A stretch of DNA of 64,000 nucleotides, from positions 415-64,414 of the forward strand of contig CAYODP010000001.1 of NCBI GenBank assembly GCA_964402815.1. The letters run 5' to 3'. Below, piece after piece: positions 27,890 through 37,157 of this stretch. The translations under genes were made by a program, and so were the position numbers. The stretch's first letter is position 1, and each line of letters opens with the position of its first letter. The notes under the pieces were generated by a model. The model had not been told where the DNA came from. It worked only from the letters and a program-made list of their open reading frames with translations, and did not search any database. Source of the DNA: an uncultured Candidatus Saccharibacteria bacterium. Its GTDB lineage: Bacteria > Patescibacteriota > Saccharimonadia > Saccharimonadales > Saccharimonadaceae.

Positions 27890-29425
27890 CTATGAACAAT
27901 AGACCGTGCGGCCAGAAACATTGCAGTCGCCGCTAGAATGGTCGTAGTGAGTCTCGTAGGCTTGGCGTATGGAATTATATAGATTATCAAAACTGTTAAT
28001 TACTGGCGTAATATCAGGAATGGTGAGCGGAACGAGCTTGGGAAGGTTAGGTTGATGCTCAGAAATCCATTGCTGCAGGGCGGTCTGTTTGGCTTCGAGC
28101 TCGAGGCGTAGAGTTTCTTTGTTCGGGTCGAGATAACTAGTGTCCCAGTAGACTTTGTAAGAATGAACGTAGTCGAGTTGGCGCTGCAACCAATCTTCGC
28201 CATATTGCGTGAGAGTAGCATTACCGGATTTGCGCAAAGGCTCGGCGGCTTTGTAAAAATCAATATCGGCGCTGTCGGTGGTGAGATAGCTAGAATCGAG
28301 GATGAAATTATGCCAAATTTGATAGAGATTGAGGCTGTCGGCGAGATGATTATCTTCGGGGAAGGCGAGGTGGTAAAGCTCTTGGAATTCACTATACTGC
28401 TCGGCTAAAGTAGGCTCCCAAGCGATGGCGGTAGTCTCGCCGAGCTGGTCGACCAGAGCGCCAACGTTCAAGGCGAGTGATTGACAAGATTTGATGTAGC
28501 CGTCGTAAGCAGCACGTTCGACAAACTTAGAATCAACGTACTCGACAGCCTTCTGGCAAGAGGAACTGCGGTCGAGACCAGCAAACGGCTCGACTAGCAT
28601 CTTAGCGGCTAGGTAGGTTTCGCGATAGCCCGAGGAAGTAACGGTATTAACACCACCAAGAATAATATTAATAATAATCAGAGTGGCTAGGCCGACTGCC
28701 AAGATGATGCCACCAATCAGAATCCAGCGCTTGGCGGCGTTGCTGAGCGGAGCGCGAGTGGGAGGAGTAGGAGTGTCAGCCAGCAAAGGCGTACCGTCTG
28801 GTGCTAGAGCGGGCGGTTGCTGGAATAAATTATTCGTGTTCGCCGCAGGGATGTTGCTAGAGTGGAAAGCGATTGAATTATTAGTGGCGACCGGCATAGG
28901 AGCAGATACTACAGGAGGCTGAGCCGGAGCAGGGCTAAAAGCAGCAGGACTAGGAGAAGTGGCCGCGGCAGGAGGCGCTACGGGAGAATTAATAGGAGTA
29001 GCAGGAGTAGCCGAAGTAGCAGGCGCCGCGACGGGCGGAAGTACGGTATTCTGGGTAAGCACGGGTTGAGCTTGGGCAGCTGAAGCGACAAAATAGCCAC
29101 GTTCGGCAAGGCCGGCGTCGCCACCAGCCAAGATGATTACACCTTCAATCAAGCCCCAGATTAAATCACCAAAGATGAGCAGCCAAGCGATAACCTTGAG
29201 AATGGGAGTGGCATAGTGGATGGCAGCCACAAGCGCAGCTTGGTCAATCGAACCAATCACAGTATTAAGAATAGTGCTGGCGGTAAGCAATAAAATCCCC
29301 ACGACAGCCAAGATAACGTGCTTTTTGGCTTTCTTAGTATCACCTAGATACCACTCGTGCGCACCAAAAGCACCCAGTAAGATACCGAGAAGACCGGCCG
29401 TGGTGGCAGATTTGGGGCTATTCAT
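27890..29425 (-). CDS. TM2-domain membrane protein with Pro/Ala-rich linker and extracellular helical domain
   Basis: AGLLGILLGAFGAHEWYLG TM2 signature; PA-rich spacer; further TM at about aa 235-255. Confidence 0.8.
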   Translation of the reverse strand: MNSPKSATTAGLLGILLGAFGAHEWYLGDTKKAKKHVILAVVGILLLTASTILNTVIGSIDQAALVAAIHYATPILKVIAWLLIFGDLIWGLIEGVIILAGGDAGLAERGYFVASAAQAQPVLTQNTVLPPVAAPATSATPATPINSPVAPPAAATSPSPAAFSPAPAQPPVVSAPMPVATNNSIAFHSSNIPAANTNNLFQQPPALAPDGTPLLADTPTPPTRAPLSNAAKRWILIGGIILAVGLATLIIINIILGGVNTVTSSGYRETYLAAKMLVEPFAGLDRSSSCQKAVEYVDSKFVERAAYDGYIKSCQSLALNVGALVDQLGETTAIAWEPTLAEQYSEFQELYHLAFPEDNHLADSLNLYQIWHNFILDSSYLTTDSADIDFYKAAEPLRKSGNATLTQYGEDWLQRQLDYVHSYKVYWDTSYLDPNKETLRLELEAKQTALQQWISEHQPNLPKLVPLTIPDITPVINSFDNLYNSIRQAYETHYDHSSGDCNVSGRTVYCS

Positions 29426-29542
29426 TGTTTATAGTATAGCATAGGCTTTAAGAAAATGGTATAGCTGGAAATGGCGCGACGTATGAGTTAGGTTCCTTTT
29501 TGGGCAAAAGAAATCGCCCCGCGAAGGGGCGACTAAGGAGAT

Positions 29543-30013
29543 TTAAGGAGTGCTTTTGGGAATTTGGTTGCGGCGCGGACGCGGACGCTGATGCGGCTTG
29601 GTGATGGCGCGCTGAGCAGCTTCGAGTTCGGCCTGTTTCTTCTTACTGGCTTCGTAGATGCTTTGTGCTACTTTGGCGTCGCTCTTGCGAAAAAGCTGAT
29701 TGAGCTGCCACCAGCTAGTCACGATGACGACTGCGGCAGCAATCACAATCGCAAATTCAAGCAAAGCTACCAGGGGGTGCCCATCAACGAATGCAGTCAA
29801 GAGTGCGACAATAAGTAATACGAGTGCAACGATTGCCGAGACGACAATCCAGAAAACCAAACGTATCTTATTCTCTGCTTTGGCTTCTTGCCAGAAATCA
29901 GCCCAGACGCGGTCGCTGTAGCCGGTCACTCGGTCAGCACGTGCACAGTAGGTTTTGCGCCAAGCTTGATACTCGTTGAGGTGTTTTTTGGCTAATTCAT
30001 TGAGACCCAACAT
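29543..30013 (-). CDS. Hypothetical two-TM membrane protein
   Basis: AAGGAGG RBS; own promoter at 30081-30109; hairpin at 29514-29532 downstream. Confidence 0.75.
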   Translation of the reverse strand: MLGLNELAKKHLNEYQAWRKTYCARADRVTGYSDRVWADFWQEAKAENKIRLVFWIVVSAIVALVLLIVALLTAFVDGHPLVALLEFAIVIAAAVVIVTSWWQLNQLFRKSDAKVAQSIYEASKKKQAELEAAQRAITKPHQRPRPRRNQIPKSTP

Positions 30014-30080
30014 AAGTCTCCCTCCTTAAAATAAGGTACTAGGGGTGATTTTTGGTACGTCAAAAACAATCCCTATTTCC

Positions 30081-30109
30081 ATTGTAGCACAGATTGTCTA
30101 TTTTGTCAA
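30081..30109 (-). promoter_or_regulatory. Consensus sigma70 promoter
   Basis: The minus strand reads TTGACA-17 nt-(TGTGC)TACAAT. The same architecture occurs at 23455-23483 and 32513-32541. Confidence 0.75.
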
Positions 30110-30142
30110 TAGGGAGATGATATTTGGTAATTTTAGCAAGGC

Positions 30143-30706
30143 TTATTCGGCGGTAGCGGGGCGATTGTAGAGGTTTTTCTTAATCACATAGAGGTAGGCG
30201 TGAGTGGCCTTGCGGAAGTTGTTGAGCTCTTCGTCTTCAAGTTTGATGTATTTGCCAGTGGCAATCTTTTTGTAAACCCCTGAGGTGCGGACTTCGTAAC
30301 GAACGGTCATCTGATGAGGGTTGTGCTGACCATCATACCAATCTTCGTGCCAAATCCAGATGTTTTTCTGGTCATGGAAGAACTCGCGACGATGGCCAGC
30401 CGGAATAGGACCAAAAATCGTACTGCCGAGCTTGGATTCGGCATTGATAAGGTCGGCACGGGTCATGCGTACAGAAGGGCGATAGCGGCGCGGGGCTTTT
30501 GGCGTAGCGGCGGGAGTGCTCAGATTTGGCGCCGCCTTAGGGTGCGGAACTTTGAGGAAACTAGCGTCACTGGGGGCTTCAGAGCTAACCTCGGCGGCCG
30601 GCTGATTAGCAGTGGGATTGATAAGCTTGGAGTTGACAGGAGCTGGAGCTAATGCTTTGAGACTTTGCCAACGTGCAAAAGTATTTTTTAGACAGACGCA
30701 CGGCAT
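30143..30706 (-). CDS. Hypothetical protein
   Basis: AAGGAG RBS; globular C-terminal half (FGPIPAGHRREFF...WIWHE...VRYEV). Confidence 0.75.
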   Translation of the reverse strand: MPCVCLKNTFARWQSLKALAPAPVNSKLINPTANQPAAEVSSEAPSDASFLKVPHPKAAPNLSTPAATPKAPRRYRPSVRMTRADLINAESKLGSTIFGPIPAGHRREFFHDQKNIWIWHEDWYDGQHNPHQMTVRYEVRTSGVYKKIATGKYIKLEDEELNNFRKATHAYLYVIKKNLYNRPATAE

Positions 30707-30772
30707 AGTTCAATCTCCTTTGCAATGTCCATGATTTCATTGTATAGCTCAAAAGAAGCGCTACTGTTAAAA

Positions 30773-31561
30773 TTATAGGCCTGCGCCCTCGCAAAGGACG
30801 GCATCTCCAAGTTTGAATAATTGTCTCGCATTTTTGGTGGTTTGCTCCGCTATATTAACTTCTGCCACACCCAATTTATTCGCTAGATACGTCGCAATTT
30901 GATGAACGTATGCTGGTTGATTTATTGTACCACGGAAGGGCACAGGAGTCAAGAAGGGAGCGTCGGTTTCTAATAACATTTTTTCAAGCGGAGGTAAAGC
31001 GGGCGTAGTATAGGTAGCTAAACCATTGACGCCAATATAGAAATCGCGCGCTAAAGCTTGTTTGAGGTCTTTTTTGCTGCCGGTAAAGCTATGGACGACC
31101 CCGCTTAGGCCGGAAAAATTATCAAGCACCGGCCAAGCATCAGTAAAAGCTTCACGCAGATGCAGAGAGATAGGCAAATCAAGGTCGCGGGCGAGCTGGA
31201 GCATCTGCTCAAAAAGACGGATTTGAGCGGAGTGATTGTAGCCATCGTAATGATAATCGAGGCCGATTTCACCAATAGCAACTAATTTGGTAGCCGAGCG
31301 AAGCGACTGGGCGATAGCGCTGAGGTCAAGCGAAGAATGAGCGGAGGCGTATTCGGGATGAATACCATAAGTCCAGAAGACGCCGGAGTGAGCGTGCGCA
31401 AAAGTTTGAGCCTGGAGCGAGTTATCATGGTCAGTGCCGATGCAGATGATTTGTTGGACGTTCTGCATGGCAGCGGTTTGCAGGAACTCAGCCTGTTGAT
31501 TGGGCGTAAAACAATCCGCGGCGTGTAAATGACAATGAGTATCAATCAGATAATTAGGCAT
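30773..31561 (-). CDS. tatD: TatD-family DNase
   Basis: IDTHCHL, GIHP, IGEIGLDY, SLHLR, GVVHSF, LLETDAPFL. The start is set at 31561 because a terminator lies at 31594-31613 and a TATAAT sits 6 nt upstream of that ATG. Confidence 0.92.
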   Translation of the reverse strand: MPNYLIDTHCHLHAADCFTPNQQAEFLQTAAMQNVQQIICIGTDHDNSLQAQTFAHAHSGVFWTYGIHPEYASAHSSLDLSAIAQSLRSATKLVAIGEIGLDYHYDGYNHSAQIRLFEQMLQLARDLDLPISLHLREAFTDAWPVLDNFSGLSGVVHSFTGSKKDLKQALARDFYIGVNGLATYTTPALPPLEKMLLETDAPFLTPVPFRGTINQPAYVHQIATYLANKLGVAEVNIAEQTTKNARQLFKLGDAVLCEGAGL

Positions 31562-31619
31562 GAGATAATTATACGATAGTTGGGGTAAAAACGAAACCCC
31601 GCCAGAGGCGGGGCAATAG

Positions 31620-32216
31620 TTACGTTGAGCAAGTTGAGTCATCGGGGAGGTTAGCAATGATTTTGACGATTTCCTGAATTAGCTCGTCGGCGCGGCAAGA
31701 GCTGTCATTAACAATGCGAACGTGATACACGAACTCGGTATGTTCGCAGGTAGCGAGCTGATAGCCTTGATAGTAGCTAACATAACGACGGCCGCGATAG
31801 GTGTACTCGAGCCAAATAAGTGGTTCATCGCAATATTGGATGGCTTGGGCATCCGGCGCCAGTGTCGCTTTCCGGACGGTGCCATGATGAATACGAGCAC
31901 GCATCCGTGGGTGCAAAAGCAGCACGAAAAGGTCTACTAGGCAGATATATTCTACACTACCGGCGGTAAGTTCGGCTACACTGGGCTCGACTTGGAAATA
32001 CTTAGTATACAAGGCGTGCAGAGTGTCGGTATCGGCGATGAGGCCGATGAACAACACAGGAATTTCTTTCAGACAATGCGACAGACTCGCTCCAGCACGG
32101 CGACAACGCCGACGCACAAGCAAGGCTTGGAGCATTATCAGGTTGGGCAGACAAAAGATGAGAGCGAGGGTAAATAATCCGGGTAGGCTGAGGTAGAGCT
32201 GAGTAATCATTTTCAT
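31620..32216 (-). CDS. Hypothetical membrane protein
   Basis: Two hydrophobic segments; GAGAGG RBS before the ATG at 32216; terminator CCCCGCC-AGA-GGCGGGG at 31597-31613. Confidence 0.65.
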   Translation of the reverse strand: MKMITQLYLSLPGLFTLALIFCLPNLIMLQALLVRRRCRRAGASLSHCLKEIPVLFIGLIADTDTLHALYTKYFQVEPSVAELTAGSVEYICLVDLFVLLLHPRMRARIHHGTVRKATLAPDAQAIQYCDEPLIWLEYTYRGRRYVSYYQGYQLATCEHTEFVYHVRIVNDSSCRADELIQEIVKIIANLPDDSTCST

Positions 32217-32607
32217 CAATCCTCTCAAAATAAAATTAGGTGGCGGACGAAGTGGCAGAAAAATTAGGACAGAGTTGCTGAATGAGAAGCTTTCGATATC
32301 TGCGAGCTTGGCGCAAAGTATGACGCTTGGGCTGTAAACGCTGCGGACGCGCCATAAACTCATTGATGAGTTGACGCGAATAGATGATCCTGAGATGAGC
32401 CATTTTTAGGCATTTTAACACCAACTTTCTCTAAAGGTACTTGGACTTGTTGTAACCGGTAATTCCCCCTCCTTTACGATTTTTGACAACAAAAATCCAT
32501 GCTTATGCCTTTATTGTAGCATACTGCATGGATTTTGTCAATAGTTTTCTAGCATTTTCAGCGTGGTTGCACAAAAATACTAGCAATTTTGCGGTATTTG
32601 ACGGAAA

Positions 32608-34563
32608 TTATTGGCGATTTTCACGTTTACGCTTAATTGGGTCGAGCTGACGTTTGCGCAAACGGAGAGATTTGGGCGTGACCTCGAGGAGTTCATCATC
32701 AAGCAAGAAATCAATACACTGCTCAAGCGAGTATTGGGTGTGTGGCGTGAGTTGAATAGCACCGTCCGAAGCGTGGGTGCGCATATTAGTGAGCTGTTTT
32801 TCTTTGCAGATATTAATGTCGACGTCTTCTTTTTTGTTACTAAGGCCAATAATCATACCTTGATAAACCGGAACACCAGGCGGAATAAAGAGGGTGCCGC
32901 GCGCCTGAGCGGCGTCAAGTGCGTAAGCTGTGCTAGTGCCAGCTTCGAAGGCGATTAGAGCACCGTTGCGCTCGGGTTTGTAACGGCCTTCGACGGGGCG
33001 ATAACCAGCGGGAAGCGACGACATAATGGCGGTACCACGAGTGGCTGTGAGAAGGTTATTGCGCAGACCAATCAAAGCGGCCGTAGTAATATGATAGGTG
33101 AAACGCGTGCTGCCGCTACTAGTGAGCTCTTGAGAAACTAAATCGGCACGACGAACGCCGAGCTCTTGCGAGACGGCACCGACAAATTCGGGCTCAACCT
33201 CAATTACGAGCTCTTCGACCGGCTCGTGTTTCTTGCCGTCAATCTCCTTGTAGACGACTTCGGGGCGACCAGTTTCGAGCTCATAGCCTTCACGACGCAT
33301 GGTCTCAATCAAGACCGAGAGATGCAGCTCACCGCGGCCGGAGACTTTGTAGCCTAAACCGTCAGGGACGATTTTGAGCGCAATATTAGTCTCAAGCTCG
33401 CGCTCGAGGCGCTCGGCAATCTGGCGAGAAGTAGTAAATTCACCCTCTTGACCTTTGAGCGGAGAAGTATTAGGGCCAATATAAATACTCAGAGTAGGGG
33501 CTTCGAGCTCGATGGTTGGCAGAGCCTCGAGCTCGGCGCCATCCACGCCGACAGTCGCGATGGTATCGCCGATGTTAGCTTGAGCGATACCAGAAATGGC
33601 AACAATATCACCAGCGGAGGCTTCGCTGACTTCCTCTTTGTTGAGACCTTTGTAAGTGAAAAGGCGGTCAATCTTGGCGGAAGACCAAGTGACGGATGGG
33701 CACGGCCCTGCTTCTTGGGGGACGTGTCGCTCGAGCCCGTCGTCACGGGTCTCGCGCACTGCATGCTCGGCCGTGACCTCCGCACCCCCCCGAGAAGCAG
33801 TGTCAGCACCCACGTCAGTAGCTTGCTTAACATGACCAACTTTGACAGATTCGCCTTTTTTTAACGTGCCGCGAAAAATCTTGCCGATAGCGTATTTACC
33901 AAGATAATTATCGGCGGCGAGGGCGGCAACGAGCAACTGAGCACCCTTTTCCGAAGCAGGGTCGATTTTGGGGGCGGGGATGTCATTGATGATGGATTCG
34001 AAAATGACGTGAAGGTCGTCGTCGAGGGCGGTCGTCTTGCCAGCCTTGCCATCGCGTGCGATAGCGTAATAAATCGGGTAATTGAGCTGAGATTCATCAG
34101 TAGCAAGCTCGAGGAAGAGATTGGCGATTTCGTCTTTGACCTCTTCGATGCGGGCGGCCGGTTTGTCGATTTTATTAATAATGACGACGGGCTTGAGCTT
34201 AAGGCTGAGAGCTTTTTGCAAGACAAATTTGGTCTGCGGCATTGGGCCTTCCTGAGCGTCGACAATTAAGAGGACGCCGTCAGCCATGTTGAGAGTGCGC
34301 TCAACTTCGCCGGAGAAATCGGCGTGGCCAGGGGTATCGATGATATTGATTTTGTAATCGTTGTAGAAGACCGCAGTTTGCTTAGCGGTAATAGTAATTC
34401 CCCGCTCATGCTCTTGGTCCATGGAGTCCATGATAAGGGTTTGCGACATTTCGGCTTGGTTGTCGCGGAAAGTGTGTGATTGCTTAAGAAGGCCGTCTAC
34501 CAAGGTGGTTTTGCCATGATCGACGTGAGCAATAATAGCGACATTACGAATATTTTTAATCAT
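32608..34563 (-). CDS. typA: Translational GTPase TypA/BipA
   Basis: AHVDHGKTT, ERGITI, DTPGHADF, NKID, GRGELHL, LEVTPKSLRLRK; carries an ~40-aa in-frame insertion. Confidence 0.96.
   Translation of the reverse strand: MIKNIRNVAIIAHVDHGKTTLVDGLLKQSHTFRDNQAEMSQTLIMDSMDQEHERGITITAKQTAVFYNDYKINIIDTPGHADFSGEVERTLNMADGVLLIVDAQEGPMPQTKFVLQKALSLKLKPVVIINKIDKPAARIEEVKDEIANLFLELATDESQLNYPIYYAIARDGKAGKTTALDDDLHVIFESIINDIPAPKIDPASEKGAQLLVAALAADNYLGKYAIGKIFRGTLKKGESVKVGHVKQATDVGADTASRGGAEVTAEHAVRETRDDGLERHVPQEAGPCPSVTWSSAKIDRLFTYKGLNKEEVSEASAGDIVAISGIAQANIGDTIATVGVDGAELEALPTIELEAPTLSIYIGPNTSPLKGQEGEFTTSRQIAERLERELETNIALKIVPDGLGYKVSGRGELHLSVLIETMRREGYELETGRPEVVYKEIDGKKHEPVEELVIEVEPEFVGAVSQELGVRRADLVSQELTSSGSTRFTYHITTAALIGLRNNLLTATRGTAIMSSLPAGYRPVEGRYKPERNGALIAFEAGTSTAYALDAAQARGTLFIPPGVPVYQGMIIGLSNKKEDVDINICKEKQLTNMRTHASDGAIQLTPHTQYSLEQCIDFLLDDELLEVTPKSLRLRKRQLDPIKRKRENRQ
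33708..33800. repeat. GC-rich palindromic element inserted in frame in typA
   Basis: Arms CTGCTTCTTGGGGG (33708-33721) and CCCCCGAGAAGCAG (33787-33800), with an inner GTCACGG/CCGTGAC pair; shares motifs with 12853-12923. Confidence 0.65.
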
Positions 34564-34659
34564 ATCTTTTCTATTATAGCACACTTTGGCTGAAAAAGCA
34601 ATAGGTTTTTGATAAAATCGGCTAAACTAAGCCGAGAAACCTTAAAATAAGCTTAAAAA

Positions 34660-35601
34660 TTATACGATAGGAGCCTTAGGTAGGCGATGGCGCTTGAAGT
34701 GAATGATAAGCCAAACGATAAGCACGATAAGAGCGGCAACCGCGATAATAAAGACCCAAGACGGACAGACAAAGACGAGGTGAGTGAAGGTGTGTTCTTG
34801 GTCGAGGAAGGAGATTTCTTGGGTGACTTGGAAGAGGCCAAATTTGGGTGTATCGTCCCAAGTGAGAAGGCTAGCGCGCGAAGTGTCGGGGAGGACGGTG
34901 GCAACAGAGTAGCCAAGGGGTTGGCCCGACTCGGAGACACTATTAGGACTGAGTAGTTCGCGGTTACTAAAGAAGCTGCGAACGGTGAGCTTCTGGGTGA
35001 CCTTAAAGTCGGTGTTGCCAGAGTTAGTGATAGTCTGAGAGACGGCGAAAGGATGGTCCATGACAAAGCGCGGGAAGCTATGCTCAGTCATGGCGCCTTT
35101 GCTGCGGATTTCGCCGCCGTTGATATGGCCATAGAGGACAGCGGCGAGCTGACCAGTGACTTTCATGGCGCCAGTATCGGCATCACCGCCGTCGCTAAGC
35201 AGCATAATAGCAGCGTATTGACCGCCGCCGGGGACGTCGGTAGGAACTTTGACATCGAACTCAAGAGTAGTAGTCTGACCAGGCTCGAGGCGGAATTTGT
35301 CGACGGGCAGAGAAATCCAATTATGAAGCTTGGTGTAAGAATTGTCGGCGGAAAAGTCAGGCGTATAGGCACTATCGGTAACGTAATAGCGCGAGACGCT
35401 AGCTTTGACCTCAAAAGGGAGGCGGCCGACATTAGAAACATCGAGACTACCATGGTAAGTGCGACCAGGGTAAAGCTCGATGTCTTGATTAGAGGGGGTG
35501 ATGGACATGACGACATCACCAGATTCGAGAGCGAAAACGGGAGTGCTGATAAATACAGTCGCAATAAGAATAAAGATAGTGCAGAAAAACTTCTGAAACA
35601 T
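34660..35601 (-). CDS. DUF916/DUF3324-like (WxL-interacting-type) membrane-anchored surface protein, copy 2
   Basis: Signal peptide, ITP...IELYPG..Y.G...V.N.G..PF, GGQYAAIM, N.GNTDF, C-terminal TM and basic tail; paralog of 37158..38096. Confidence 0.75.
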   Translation of the reverse strand: MFQKFFCTIFILIATVFISTPVFALESGDVVMSITPSNQDIELYPGRTYHGSLDVSNVGRLPFEVKASVSRYYVTDSAYTPDFSADNSYTKLHNWISLPVDKFRLEPGQTTTLEFDVKVPTDVPGGGQYAAIMLLSDGGDADTGAMKVTGQLAAVLYGHINGGEIRSKGAMTEHSFPRFVMDHPFAVSQTITNSGNTDFKVTQKLTVRSFFSNRELLSPNSVSESGQPLGYSVATVLPDTSRASLLTWDDTPKFGLFQVTQEISFLDQEHTFTHLVFVCPSWVFIIAVAALIVLIVWLIIHFKRHRLPKAPIV

Positions 35602-35617
35602 GATTTTAATTAATCTC

Positions 35618-37036
35618 CTAGCCAGCAGTGGCAGTAACAGTTACGGTGGTGGAATAGGTATCAGCGTTAAGATTAGGGGTGACTCCGATGCCAACGATGA
35701 AGTCGAGCGGTGAGGTGCCGTCGCTACCAGCGGCAGAGCGGTAAAAGGTGATAGGGGTGCCATCGCCAACGGCACTGTAAATACCGGTGTCAGTGGCGTC
35801 ACCGCGAGTACCCGTATCGGTGGCGGAAAGTTTCTTCTGAACGCCCCAGCCGAGCTCACCGTCTTGGAGGTTGTCTTTGGCAGGAATACTATTGGAATTA
35901 CCGGAAGTGGTAGCGCTTAGCATAGTCTGGCCAGCAGCAGTACTGAAGCCGATGGAAAATTGCTGATTAGCGGTAACGCTGGCGCCGATTTTGCCAGTGA
36001 CGATTTTGTCGCTCTCGGCTGCGAGGCTGACGGAATTGGTGGAGAGGCTGAGACTGAGGGTAGGGTTGACAATAACATTGAGGTTGGCGTCAGCGGAGGC
36101 GGAAGGGAGGACGGAGGAGGGGTCGGAAGGGGGAGCGGCGACGCACCGCACCGAGGAGCCGTAGTAGCGAAGGCTGCTGTAGGACGGGTTAACATAGCCA
36201 CTGCTGAAGTTCAGGAAGTACGCGTAGCTAACATTACTAGAGCGCACCGTACTAGACCAATAGTAACCGTTGGAGCCCGAATTGTTCAGGCCATCGCCAT
36301 CGACGAGACCGGCAGCGGGAAAGAACGCGTCATTTGAGTTATAACCGAGTTTTATACCGTTCACTCCACCAATAGTCGTCCAGCTTCCAGCAAAACCTTC
36401 GTTCAATTTGCTATAGGTACCAATATTCGTATCGGTATTTGATGGTAAAGTCCAACCTTTCGGGCAAATGCTTGAAGGAGCGTCACCGGAATCTGTGCAA
36501 GTCCCTGCCGTAGCCGTGCACCAAGAGTAGTAATTTCCGTAAGCTGTGTTCCAAGCACCGCTACCATTTATTTTCATGCTCGAACTACCTTCTGCCATAT
36601 TCTGCGAAGTTTTGTCCGTGCCCCAGTTATTAATCTCGTTATTAATCGCCTGATTGTCCGGTAACGTGTACGCCGAAGTTACATCACTATTAGTACTGTC
36701 TAATGATGTTCCGCCTGGTAACCGTAAATTCTCCACCATCCAGCATTTACCATCATTCATCTTCATAATTTTGTAGGTCTTATCATCACGTTTATCGGTA
36801 AGCTGCAAAGTAGCACCGACGGCAACGACATCGTCTTTGTCGCTACCACAGTAGGGTTGGCTGAAGTTTTCTTGAGTGATATCTTGCATATTAGTAAGAC
36901 CAGTGGCGATAGTACGCCCGCCATTGTTCTGCCAGACCGCTCCGCCGGTAGCAGCAAGAGTGGGCTGCGGTAAGATTGACAGGCAGCTAGCGAGTAGCCC
37001 GCCAGCCAACATGGCAACTTTGATTTTTGTGCGCAT
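35618..37036 (-). CDS. Surface protein: signal peptide, FISUMP domain, C-terminal WxL/pilin-like module
   Basis: DGKCWMVENLR, YGNYYSW, ICPKGWTLPS, FFPAAG, GYYWSST, SVRCV; the C-terminal ~165 aa align with 38098..38631 (WGVQK/WGIQK, YST.VTVTA). Confidence 0.85.
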   Translation of the reverse strand: MRTKIKVAMLAGGLLASCLSILPQPTLAATGGAVWQNNGGRTIATGLTNMQDITQENFSQPYCGSDKDDVVAVGATLQLTDKRDDKTYKIMKMNDGKCWMVENLRLPGGTSLDSTNSDVTSAYTLPDNQAINNEINNWGTDKTSQNMAEGSSSMKINGSGAWNTAYGNYYSWCTATAGTCTDSGDAPSSICPKGWTLPSNTDTNIGTYSKLNEGFAGSWTTIGGVNGIKLGYNSNDAFFPAAGLVDGDGLNNSGSNGYYWSSTVRSSNVSYAYFLNFSSGYVNPSYSSLRYYGSSVRCVAAPPSDPSSVLPSASADANLNVIVNPTLSLSLSTNSVSLAAESDKIVTGKIGASVTANQQFSIGFSTAAGQTMLSATTSGNSNSIPAKDNLQDGELGWGVQKKLSATDTGTRGDATDTGIYSAVGDGTPITFYRSAAGSDGTSPLDFIVGIGVTPNLNADTYSTTVTVTATAG

Positions 37037-37157
37037 TTGTTTGCTCCTATTTGTTATAAAAATACATTAACCTTATGGTATATATTATAGCAAGCGAGAG
37101 CGAGCTTCGCAAGAGTGAACTAAGTGAATTAGATTGCTACGCGCAGAGTTTTGGAAG

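Noticed and set aside
32236-32424. 62-aa minus-strand ORF downstream of the 32513-32541 promoter
   Set aside because: The nearby AAGGAGG is not correctly spaced to a start codon and the peptide has no recognisable features. It cannot be supported, though a small gene or leader is not excluded.
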